DNA of 64,000 nucleotides from an uncultured delta proteobacterium (lineage in GTDB: Bacteria > Desulfobacterota > Binatia > UBA9968), in the NCBI GenBank assembly GCA_963847445.1, contig CAWJZV010000015.1:160001-224000 (forward strand), read 5' to 3'. The position numbers were made by a program, and so were the translations under genes. The notes under the pieces are model-generated. The model was not told the origin of the DNA and ran no database searches. It worked only from the letters and a program-made list of their open reading frames with translations. Below, one piece after another: positions 20,700 through 29,620 of this stretch (positions are counted from its first letter, which is position 1; every line of letters begins with the position of its first letter).

Positions 20700-20894
20700 A
20701 CTACTACGCCCGAAGTGGGTTTACTTTGATATCCGGCTGCTTGCGGTGGGGTTCCTCATTCCATCGATCGGTAAGCTCGATGGCAAGCCCCGCGCGCGGC
20801 GGTTACAGCCGGCAATCGAGCTGATTTAGTTTATTTGTCCGCCGCGCTGGGATAAACATTATTAGCATTCGCCGCGTTGCGGCCCGGGAAGACA

Positions 20895-21393
20895 ATGGAG
20901 CAGGCAAGATCGATAGTGAGGCTGTGGGCTGAGCGCCATCGGCAGGCAGTGCTGTATGACGATGACAGCGCGGTTCTACTGGATGTCGCTTCGGGCAAGC
21001 GGCTTAAGATCGCGTGGCCGGCGCTGTCCAGCTACGAAGAGAAGGTTCATCCTGAGACTCAGGAGGCTTATATTGTCATGCTCTTCGACGATGGCACGCA
21101 GCTCGCCTTGGTCGACCCCGGCGGGGTTGCCTTTGCGCCGTCGACGGTGAACTCCGGCGCGGTGGAGAATCTGCCGGCGGTGGTGTGTTTGCGCGATCTG
21201 CTCATGCTCAAGCAACGGGTCGACCATTATGCTCTACGATCATCCCGACGAACCGCCGCCGCGGGAATGCCTGAATCTCATCATGATCTGCATCGCGATC
21301 TTGGACGGCGCCCGGGCGGTGGGATTCGATGTCGGCGATCTCGAAGGCGAGTTGGAGAAGTCGCTCGATGAGGTCGAGCGACGAACGGCGTAG
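20895..21393 (+). CDS. Hypothetical protein (frameshift near 21230)
   Basis: Coding-like ORF continuing in another frame as LYDHPDEPPPRECLNLIMICIAILDGARAVGFDVGDLEGELEKSL. Confidence 0.65.
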
Positions 21394-21403
21394 ATGAGGC
21401 GGA

Positions 21404-21432
21404 ATGGAGTGATGGAGTACTGGAGTTATGGG
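21404..21432 (+). repeat. TGGAGT octamer-period tandem repeat (3 units)
   Basis: atggagtg atggagta ctggagtt, just after a stop codon. Confidence 0.6.
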
Positions 21433-21474
21433 TTCGGATCGGCATCGGCCGAGGATCGATAGATCGTGAGTGGC

Positions 21475-22723
21475 ATGGGAAAACTAATCGAATTGTGTTG
21501 TCCGAAATGTCACAGCGTCGCGGCATCGAAGACGGAGTTTCGTTGCCCGGCGTGTCGCTTGGTGCGCGAAGCAGTGGTTGCTATCGATCACCTCAGTCGA
21601 GATGATTTCGCGCGCTTGCGGCAGAGCCGCGACCTGTCGATCTGGCGCTGGTTCGACTTTTTTCCGGTGGAAAATCATTCCTCGATTGTTTCCTTGGGCG
21701 AAGGCAGCACACCGCTGATTCCTGCCAATCGGCTCGGCGAAAAGCTCGGCATCGCCAATTTATATTTGAAAAACGACACCGTGCTGCCGACCGGTTCGCT
21801 CAAGGATCGCAGCAACAGCGTTGGTCTGTCGGTGGGTAAGGAACTCGGATTCGCCACCGCCAGTGTGATCTCGACGGGCAACGCCGCCGCGTCGGTGGCG
21901 GCCTATGCGGCGGCTGCGGGCATGAATAGCGTCGTCATGGTGCCCAAGGGCACGGCGACTTCCAAGATTATTCAAGCCCATGCTTACGGTGCGACGGTGA
22001 TCGTTGTCGACGGCCGCTTCGATTACGAAGTGGCTGAGCTATACAAAAACGCGGTGATGGAATTCGGCTGGTACGATTGTCTTTCCTCCAATCCCTATCG
22101 GGTTGGCAAGAAGAGTTACGCTTACGAACTGGTCGACCAATTGGATGGCATGCCTGCGGACTGGGTGATTCATCCGACCGCCGGCGGCACGGGGCTGGTT
22201 TGCATGTGGCAGGGTTTCAAAGAATTTCTGGCGTTAGGTTGGATCGATCGTGCGCCCAAACTGGTGGCGGCGCAAAGCGAGGCGGCGGCGCCGTTCGTCG
22301 CGGCGATGGCTAAAGGGAGTATGACGATTGAGGCCGTGGAGGCCCGTGCGACGGTTGCCGAGAGTATTCAAGTCGGCAATCCCAGCTGCCCTCGGCGATC
22401 GCGCCCTGGCGGCGTTGCGCCAGTCGCAAGGCACGGCGGTGGCGTTGAGCGACGGCGAAATCCTCGAAGCGCAGTCGCAGATCGCCCGACTGGCCGGCAT
22501 CTTCGCCGAGCCGGCGGCGGCGACCTCGGTGGCCGCGGCGAGGAAAATGCGCGCTACAGGAGCGATCCAGCCAGACGATGTCGTGGTGTGCAATCTCACC
22601 GGCCACGGATTGAAACAGCCGGAAGCGATTCGCTTTGCCGCGCAGGAGTTCGCGCCGATCGCGCCGACGCTGGCCGCGTTGCGCGAGCAGTTGCGTAGGT
22701 CCGTCGACGCCCGGCCAACTTGA
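21475..22723 (+). CDS. Threonine synthase-like PLP-dependent enzyme (frameshifted)
   Basis: N-terminal CxxC..CxxC, SLGEGSTPL, PTGSLKDR (PLP Lys), STGNAAAS, FAEPAAA, LTGHGLK. Confidence 0.85.
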
Positions 22724-22805
22724 CAGCAACCTACGACCTGCAATAACTTCCGCTCAAACCATTGACCACGGGGTAAATCACTCAGCTCCGCTTGGAGGTG
22801 TGCGC

Positions 22806-23783
22806 ATGACTCAATCGAATGCTCAAGCAGCAGCGCTGCATATCGCGACCTATTCAGGCTGGTATCGCTTTGCAGCGCGCAACGGCAGCTGGGAGAAGAC
22901 CCATAAGGCGCTGACATTCTGGAAATTGACATCGCTGCAGGTCGACCCGGAAGATGCCGGCCATGTTTATGTCGCCACCGAACATTCCGGATTGTTTGTC
23001 AGCCGCGATGGCGGCGCGCAGTGGCAGCGCCCGAAGCCCAATGTGCCGCGCTTGACGACCAATGCGCTGCTTGCGCTTCCCGGGGCGATCTTAGCCGGTA
23101 CCTGGCCGGCGGCGCTCTATCGCGCGCGCAACGGCAGCGCGTGGCAGGAGCTCGACGGCGTACGCTTGGGAGCGACAGGCGGCAGTTTTCCGCCGAGCCC
23201 TGAGCTGAGCGCGCGGGTGCGTTTTCTCGCCGCGGATAATCAGACCCCACGGCGGCTGTTTGCCGCCATCGAAGTGGGCGGCATGTTGGTGAGCGACGAC
23301 GATGGCGCGCATTGGTCCCAGGTCACGGACGGGCTGGATGATCCGGACGTGCATCAGATTTTGCCCAGCGCACGACATCCGGGGGTGGTGCTCGCTGCTT
23401 GTGGCGAAGGGGTTTATCGCAGCACCGATCGCGGTGAGCATTGGCAAAAAATCACTCCGGCGGGCGCGCGCACGTTTGGCTCCGCGGCGAGCGAAGATGG
23501 CAACGGCAAGCTCTATCTTGGCGTCGCGCTCGATCGGCCTAACACCTGGCTGCGCCAGGAGCGCGCCAATGCCGCGCTGTTTGTCAGCACCGATGGCGGC
23601 GTTGAATGGCAGGCGGCGATCGAAGGCGTGGACGGCGGCATCATGGCCCTGTGTCCCGGCATCGACAGAGACGGCGTCTTCGTCTCGACATCGGAAGGCG
23701 ATGTCCTGCAGTTTAACCAAGCGGGCGCGCGCAAGATCATCAGCGGGCTGCCGGCGATCACCGCATTAGCGTTGGGCGCGTGA
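22806..23783 (+). CDS. BNR/Asp-box beta-propeller protein
   Basis: Repeated SxDGGxxW boxes (SRDGGAQW, SDDDGAHW, STDRGEHW, STDGGVEW); GGAGG RBS. Confidence 0.8.
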   Translation: MTQSNAQAAALHIATYSGWYRFAARNGSWEKTHKALTFWKLTSLQVDPEDAGHVYVATEHSGLFVSRDGGAQWQRPKPNVPRLTTNALLALPGAILAGTWPAALYRARNGSAWQELDGVRLGATGGSFPPSPELSARVRFLAADNQTPRRLFAAIEVGGMLVSDDDGAHWSQVTDGLDDPDVHQILPSARHPGVVLAACGEGVYRSTDRGEHWQKITPAGARTFGSAASEDGNGKLYLGVALDRPNTWLRQERANAALFVSTDGGVEWQAAIEGVDGGIMALCPGIDRDGVFVSTSEGDVLQFNQAGARKIISGLPAITALALGA

Positions 23784-23827
23784 AGTCACGTAAGTTTCCG
23801 CGGCGATCCTTCGCCGGCATTATGATC

Positions 23828-23931
23828 TGTCATGCCGGCGCAGGCCGGAATCCAGGGTGGTGAGGGACCGTATCCGTGATACCGTTGCGGATGGGGGATG
23901 GATCGCTCAGCGGTTTTCACCCGGGATGACG
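23828..23931. repeat. CGTC/GTCA-type REP doublet (second half degenerate)
   Basis: GTCATGCCGGCGCAGGCCGGAATCCAG ... TGGATC...GGGATGACG between convergent genes. Confidence 0.65.
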
Positions 23932-23970
23932 ACAAGGCGGGAATTCACGAGTCGACATATTTGGCGCTAA

Positions 23971-25014
23971 TCATTTGCGACCAACTTCCTGTAGCGTCTT
24001 GTGCCACCGTTCAAGCGTTTGCGCGTAGTCGTAGCTGCTCAGTCCCTGTTCCGGGTACCAACGCTTGAATGGGTATTCTTTACGCGCGCCGCCGTAGCCG
24101 AGTTTGTCGACGAGCAGCTTCTGGCCGTCCGGGCCGATGATAAAATCGATAAACAGCAAGGCAGCGTTGGGGCGTTGGGTATTCGCCAAGGCGGCGACGC
24201 TGCCGGCATTGACCGGCACCAAGTCCATGGGCAGCCAGCTAACCGGCGCGCCGCGCGCTGCCGCGAGCCGGATGTTGCTGTCGACCGCGGTAAACGTCAG
24301 CGGAACTTCGCCTGAAACGACCAGCTCGTTCAAGCCGAGGGCGGGTATGCTGTAGAGCCGACCTTCCTGGGCCGCGAGTTTTTTGACAAAGGCTTCACCC
24401 TTGGCACGCAGCATGGCGCCGACGACGCGCGCGCCAATTTCTTCGCCGCTGATGCCGATCTTGCCTTTGAGCGATGGCTTGAGCAGGTCGTCAAAGTTTT
24501 TCGGCACATCGGCGTCGCGGATCGCGTTGCGATTGTAGCCGACGCCGGGATAGGACTCACGGTCGACGGTGGCGTAAACCAAACCGCCGGGGGCCTTTTC
24601 TTTCGAGCCTTCGGGAAAGCCACCTAGATGCGCCGAATAGTAGGGCAAGAGCAACTTGTTGTCGCGCAACAGCATGATCGCGCCGGGCGTGGTTTCAATG
24701 GTATCGGCGAGATAGCGGCGCGCCGAACTTTCGCCCAGGATGCGCGTCGCTAAGTTGGTCGCCGGGGCGCGATAGAATTCAACGGTTACGCCTGGATACT
24801 TGGTTTCGAAAGTCTTGGCGACTTCTTTGTAAGTGCTTAAGGACGTGTACCAGACGAGTTTGCCTTCCTTCTTGGCACCGTCATAGAGCAAACGCTCACG
24901 ATCGGCGCCAGAATATTTGGCCAATTCAACGGCGCTCGTCGCACGCGGCGTTTGACACCAACCATTTCCCCATAAGCCAGCTACGATGATGATGGCAATT
25001 AGTAAACGCGGCAT
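23971..25014 (-). CDS. Extracellular solute-binding protein (AfuA/SBP_bac_6-like)
   Basis: Signal peptide; GAKKEGKLVWYTS, YNRN, PNAALLFIDFIIGPDGQK. Confidence 0.85.
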   Translation of the reverse strand: MPRLLIAIIIVAGLWGNGWCQTPRATSAVELAKYSGADRERLLYDGAKKEGKLVWYTSLSTYKEVAKTFETKYPGVTVEFYRAPATNLATRILGESSARRYLADTIETTPGAIMLLRDNKLLLPYYSAHLGGFPEGSKEKAPGGLVYATVDRESYPGVGYNRNAIRDADVPKNFDDLLKPSLKGKIGISGEEIGARVVGAMLRAKGEAFVKKLAAQEGRLYSIPALGLNELVVSGEVPLTFTAVDSNIRLAAARGAPVSWLPMDLVPVNAGSVAALANTQRPNAALLFIDFIIGPDGQKLLVDKLGYGGARKEYPFKRWYPEQGLSSYDYAQTLERWHKTLQEVGRK

Positions 25015-25102
25015 GTTGCCTCCAGATATTGCTAACGAGACGCGGAGAAATGCGCTTCCTCTACGAACTCAGGGGTAAAAATGTTACCTTAGGTTGTTAC
25101 CG

Positions 25103-26068
25103 TTACACCTTAAAACCATGCTCGCGGTACCACTTCTCCGCGCCGGGATGGAGCGGGACGTCGCGCGGCGTGGCGTCGGTGTTTTCGCCCAACTGGCCGA
25201 TGCCGGTGTAGGAATCCTCCCAAAACATTTGCTCTTTGCGCGCGTCCAGTGCGTCGCAGATTTTGTAGGCGTCGTCATCGGGCAACGAAGCGCGGGTGTA
25301 GATCGGCCAGCCGCTGTAGTCGATGCAGGTATGGTCTTGATCTAGTCCTTTGAAGCGGCCCGGCTTGATGGTGTATTTGCGCCAGCCCAGGCCGTCGACC
25401 AGATATTTGAAGGCGTGGTCGTCGAGGGTGATCGGTTGCAAACCGGCGGCCAATGCGGTCTCGAACCAGAGCGGTAAACCCTCGTCAAAGACCGCGTCGA
25501 CGGTTTGATCTCGCAACGCCTTCAAACGACGCTCGTCGCCGGGGCCGCCGTTCAACTGAAAACTACCGCCCCAAGACTCGATGTCCTTGAGTGTCATGTC
25601 ATAAGCGGCAAGCGTCTGGTCGACCAGCACGCGGGTCGAATGGGTCGCGTCTTCGCGGATCGATAAACGCAGCGGATATTTCTTTTGCTTGATTTCAGCC
25701 AGCGATTTAAGCCCGGTGCGCGGGTGAATCAAGTAAACGAAATGGTCGAGAGATGGATAGACGGCGATGATGCGCACCGGCAGCGGCTGGGGAAATAGTC
25801 CGGTGCCGCGGTAAGCTTGGGTGAGCAATCCCGATGGATTGATCATCGCCGCTTCCAAGTCGCCGCGGCAAATGCCGTGCGCCAAGATCGGCGAGCCGGT
25901 GGACAGGCGCAGCCAGGGCTTGATGGTTTCATTGGAGCCGCTGCCGACGGTGATGCAGATATCGCGCGGACCGTCGTAGGGCGTGTTGGGGTTGCCGGCG
26001 ATGTGCAGACCGATCTCCCACAGCATCAAGGCTCGTTGAAAGTTGGCGCCGCGCGGTAATGGTTCCAT
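25103..26068 (-). CDS. TAXI-family solute-binding-fold protein lacking a signal peptide
   Basis: GLKSLAEI, DAVFDEG, LPDDDAYKIC, C-terminal VPLHPGAEKWYRE TAXI motif; GGAGG RBS before MEPLPRG. Confidence 0.75.
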   Translation of the reverse strand: MEPLPRGANFQRALMLWEIGLHIAGNPNTPYDGPRDICITVGSGSNETIKPWLRLSTGSPILAHGICRGDLEAAMINPSGLLTQAYRGTGLFPQPLPVRIIAVYPSLDHFVYLIHPRTGLKSLAEIKQKKYPLRLSIREDATHSTRVLVDQTLAAYDMTLKDIESWGGSFQLNGGPGDERRLKALRDQTVDAVFDEGLPLWFETALAAGLQPITLDDHAFKYLVDGLGWRKYTIKPGRFKGLDQDHTCIDYSGWPIYTRASLPDDDAYKICDALDARKEQMFWEDSYTGIGQLGENTDATPRDVPLHPGAEKWYREHGFKV

Positions 26069-26140
26069 GATATGACCTCCAGACTGTTTTGCTGGATATA
26101 AACACAAATAGCCTGGCGCGGTAAAGCCGCAATAAAGAAT

Positions 26141-26575
26141 TAGCCGCAAAAAATCTAGCGCGGCGAAGCTGCAACCAAATGGGATAGAATTTTTACCACG
26201 AAGTGTTTCATGAGCTTACGCTCGTCTACAGAAAATGAAAATGGCGCGGATTCCCTCCATAAGCGGTCTGCTTGACGCGTCATTCCCGCCCACGCGGGAA
26301 TCCAGGTTTGGTCTGCGGCCAATTAGCCTGGATACCCGCTTTCGCGGGTATGACGGAACCCCGGTGGTGGCGACCCTCCCCTTGCATGTATTTTCTAAGG
26401 AGGTCACGAAGGACACGAAGGTTTCGGAAAATTATTTCTCCGAGCTTCTTGCCCTTCGTGTTCTTCGTGGTGAGATAGATTTTTTCATTGAGCGCGACTA
26501 CTTACGGACACCGGTCAGGAAAATTTGCGCAAGCTTCGCAAACTGTGAACTATTGCAACGCAAAGTCCACAAAAA
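26141..26575. repeat. Composite intergenic repeat element, copy A, with nested 201-bp insert
   Basis: Collinear similarity to 62716..62937, interrupted at 26204..26404 between two CACGAAG copies. Confidence 0.8.
26278..26355. repeat. CGTC-type REP inverted doublet (inside the nested insert)
   Basis: CGTCATTCCCGCCCACGCGGGAATCCAGG ... CCTGGATACCCGCTTTCGCGGGTATGACG. Confidence 0.85.
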
Positions 26576-26640
26576 CGATTCTACCTTGTCCTTGGTGATC
26601 TTCGTGGTGAATTATGTCAAAACAAAGGACTGTATTTACC

Positions 26641-27042
26641 ATGGCATTCAATTCACAGGCGTTGCTCGCCAATCTTAACGAACGGGAACGAATCCACGGC
26701 CATCATTCACCTGAGGGGCAGGCGATTCGCTTGCTTGGCCGCGCGCTCAGCGGTTGGTCGTCGGAAAATTTGGCGGCTACCGATGTCGTGGTCCTGTGTC
26801 GGCAGGCGGTGGAGGATTGGTTGAAACAGCGCTTGAAGCGGTTGCCGTGGTCGGTGTCGACCTTGACCGAATTGTCGGCGGCGGCGGTTAGTGCCGGATT
26901 GCTTTCTCAGAGCGAAGCCGAGCACTTACAAAGGCTGGACAATTTGAGCGCGCAGTCGAGAGCCGGCGCGCTCATCACCAGTCGAGATCGAAGCACGCTG
27001 TTGGAAACGACAATCGCAATCGTCGAGCAGCACTGGTCATGA
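26641..27042 (+). CDS. Hypothetical helical protein, weak HEPN/DUF4145-like pattern
   Basis: 133 aa; CRQAVEDWLK...LTEL..AAV.AGLLS..E...L..L; ATGA overlap with the MFS gene. Confidence 0.6.
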   Translation: MAFNSQALLANLNERERIHGHHSPEGQAIRLLGRALSGWSSENLAATDVVVLCRQAVEDWLKQRLKRLPWSVSTLTELSAAAVSAGLLSQSEAEHLQRLDNLSAQSRAGALITSRDRSTLLETTIAIVEQHWS

Positions 27043-28466
27043 CCCAAGGGCAAATCAACTGGCTGCTGCTCAGCAACGCGGCGTTGGGAAATTTTCTCGC
27101 CGGTACTTCGAGCCGGATCTTTTCGGTGTCGCTGCCGACGGTGGCGAACAGCTTGGAAACCACCATCGTCGGCATTTCCTGGGCGGTGATCTCCTATCAA
27201 ATTTCCCAGATCAGTCTGTCGTTGATCTTTGGCCGGATCGGCGATATCTACGGCCGCCACACATTATTCGGTTTGGGTTTGCTGGTCTCGTCGCTGGCAT
27301 CGCTGGCCTGCGGCTTGTCGCAGAACGTCACCCAGTTAATCATCTTTCGCATGTTCCAGGGCGTCGGCGCGTCGATGACCCAATCCCAGGGGCGGGCGCT
27401 GGCGCTCGAAGCGATGCCCAAAGAATCCTCCGGCAAGGCGCAGGGGTTCATGACCACGGCATTTCATACCGGCGTCCTGATCGGCCCGAGCCTCGGCGGT
27501 TTGATCATCGACTATATTCATTGGCGCGCGATATTTTTCTTTCTGATCCCGATCGCTATGTGCGCCATGGCGTTGACGTTGGTGAATCGTGCCAAAGGCA
27601 ACGTGCCGCCACCGGCGCCGGTGGCCGACCGCAGCGTCGATTATTTGGGGCGCGCTGTTGCTGATCGGCGCGACCATCGCTTTGATCGCCGCCGTCGATC
27701 ACCGCATCATGGAGTCGCTTGCGCCGGCTGCTGCGAGTGGCGTCTTGTGGTTGCCTTCTTCGTCGTCTTCAGCGGTTTTCTCTACCGGGAGAAAACCACG
27801 CCGAGCCCGATCCTCGATCTATCGCTGTTTCGCATTCGCATGTTCACACTGAGTGGTCTGGCGCTGCTGCTCGTCGGTGTCGCCCAGGTGATGATCGGTT
27901 TCGTCTTGCCGTTTTACCTGCAAGACGTGCTCAATTTGAAACCTTCTTTCATAGGCTTACTGTTCGTCAGCGCGCCGATCTTTACCGTGACGCTTTCGCC
28001 GTTGGTCGGCTGGGCGGTGGACAAGGTCGGGCCGCGTTTACCGGCGACGGCAGGCATTGCGTTTCTCGCCTGCGCCGGCTTCGTCGGCTCTTATCTGCGC
28101 ACCGACTCCCATTGGTTGTCCGCGGTGCTGGTCCTCGGCTTATGGGGACTGGCGACATCGCTATTTTTTACCTCGAACCACACGGCGATGATTACCTCGG
28201 TGCCGACGCAGCATCGCGGCGTCGCCACCGGGGCGATCTATGTGATGTTCGGCTTGGGCACGACGTTCGGCGTATCTCTCGGCACCATGCTATTGACCGC
28301 ATCGTTCCGTTACTTCACCGGCGATCCGACCGCAACAGCGACCGCGGCCAACCCGGAGATGTTCGTGCGCTCGATGAACTTCAGCTTCATGATCGGCGGA
28401 TCTATGGCGCTGTTGGCGATGCTGTTGTCCGCGCTGCGCGGCGAGCGCCGCGTTGCCACTTATTGA
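27039..28466 (+). CDS. MFS transporter, DHA2/EmrB-QacA-like (local compensating frameshifts 27650-27740)
   Basis: VSLPTVA, GRIGDIYGR motif A, FRMFQGVG, GPSLGG, WRAIFF, PILDLSLF. Confidence 0.88.
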   Translation: MTQGQINWLLLSNAALGNFLAGTSSRIFSVSLPTVANSLETTIVGISWAVISYQISQISLSLIFGRIGDIYGRHTLFGLGLLVSSLASLACGLSQNVTQLIIFRMFQGVGASMTQSQGRALALEAMPKESSGKAQGFMTTAFHTGVLIGPSLGGLIIDYIHWRAIFFFLIPIAMCAMALTLVNRAKGNVPPPAPVADRSVDYLGRAVADRRDHRFDRRRRSPHHGVACAGCCEWRLVVAFFVVFSGFLYREKTTPSPILDLSLFRIRMFTLSGLALLLVGVAQVMIGFVLPFYLQDVLNLKPSFIGLLFVSAPIFTVTLSPLVGWAVDKVGPRLPATAGIAFLACAGFVGSYLRTDSHWLSAVLVLGLWGLATSLFFTSNHTAMITSVPTQHRGVATGAIYVMFGLGTTFGVSLGTMLLTASFRYFTGDPTATATAANPEMFVRSMNFSFMIGGSMALLAMLLSALRGERRVATY

Positions 28467-28526
28467 ACGCTTTTCGATTCCAAGCGAAGGTGTTCTGAAA
28501 TTGTTGACTCAAAGTCGACTCTCTTT

Positions 28527-28607
28527 CCGTCATTCCCGTGTAAACGGGAATCCAGGCTTTCTGCCATCCCCGCCGCCCCTGGATGCCGGCCTGCGCCGGC
28601 ATGACGG
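28527..28607. repeat. CGTC-type REP inverted doublet
   Basis: CCGTCATTCCCGTGTAAACGGGAATCCAGG ... CCTGGATGCCGGCCTGCGCCGGCATGACGG. Confidence 0.85.
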
Positions 28608-28711
28608 ACTTTCACGTCGCCTGAAGTTGATAGGTTTTAACTAGTCGCGACAAAATCAAGCTTGCGCCGACATGGAAGTTTAGTTATCTACGGCTCGGGG
28701 AGGAACTTGCG

Positions 28712-29503
28712 ATGACTGCACCTGGGTTATTTAAGAGCCTATTTTTTGCTCTGTTGGTTTTGTCGGCTGGCTGTTCCAAAGAAGAAAGCCGCGCGCCGGC
28801 GCAGCCTTCCGAGCCGCCGGCCGTGGCAGCAGCGCCAAGCACGCCGGCAACCCCGACGCCAAACAATTCGACTCCCGGGCAGGGGGTTGGCACGATCACC
28901 GGCAAAGTTGTGTTCAAAGGCACTCATGCGTCGGGTAAAGTGACCATCGGCAAAGATAAGGAAGTCTGTGGCGACTCCAAGCTCGATCCGGTGCTCGTGG
29001 TTGGGAGCCAAGGCGAAGTCAAAAACGCGGTGATCCAGATCGCTGACTTGAAGCGGGCGGACAGCGTGCCCAAAGAAGCGGTGCTCGATCAGGTGCAGTG
29101 CGAGTATGTGCCGCATGTGTTAGCGATTCCTGTCGGCGCTACGGTCAAGATCAAAAATAGTGACGGGATCTTACATAACGTCCACACCTTCAGTGAGAAG
29201 AATACTCCGTTCAACCGGGCGCAGCCGAAGTATCTGAAGGAAATCAGCGAGAAGTTTAGCAAGCCGGAAGTGGTCTCGGTGCGCTGCGACGTCCACGCTT
29301 GGATGAGCGGTTGGATTGTTGTCACCGAGAGTCCTTTTTATGACGTGACCTCCGCCGACGGCAGCTTCAAGCTGGAAAGTGTCCCGGTGGGAAAATACAC
29401 GCTGGAGGTTTGGCATGAGACCTTGGGTAAGACCACCCAGTCCGTCGAAGTGAAGTTGGCGGAAGTGACTAACGTGACTTTCGAGTTCCAGATGAAAAAG
29501 TAA
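28712..29503 (+). CDS. Lipoprotein with cupredoxin-like and carboxypeptidase-regulatory-like domains
   Basis: Lipobox LSAGC, P/A/T linker, DQVQCEYVPHV, HNVH, CDVHAWM, VPVGKYTLEVWHE. Confidence 0.8.
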   Translation: MTAPGLFKSLFFALLVLSAGCSKEESRAPAQPSEPPAVAAAPSTPATPTPNNSTPGQGVGTITGKVVFKGTHASGKVTIGKDKEVCGDSKLDPVLVVGSQGEVKNAVIQIADLKRADSVPKEAVLDQVQCEYVPHVLAIPVGATVKIKNSDGILHNVHTFSEKNTPFNRAQPKYLKEISEKFSKPEVVSVRCDVHAWMSGWIVVTESPFYDVTSADGSFKLESVPVGKYTLEVWHETLGKTTQSVEVKLAEVTNVTFEFQMKK

Positions 29504-29620
29504 GGCGCGAACGTTCGCGCTTCACCGCCGGCCCGGTTGCCTCGACGGAACGCACCGCGAGATAATTCTCCGCAAATAGACATTCTGCGCCAGTCGGGCT
29601 ATGGATAAAGCTTCATCGTC

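Noticed and set aside
26235-26678. 147-aa ORF, and the similar 62543..62947 ORF
   Set aside because: Translations of the palindromic repeat elements; no RBS or protein-like composition
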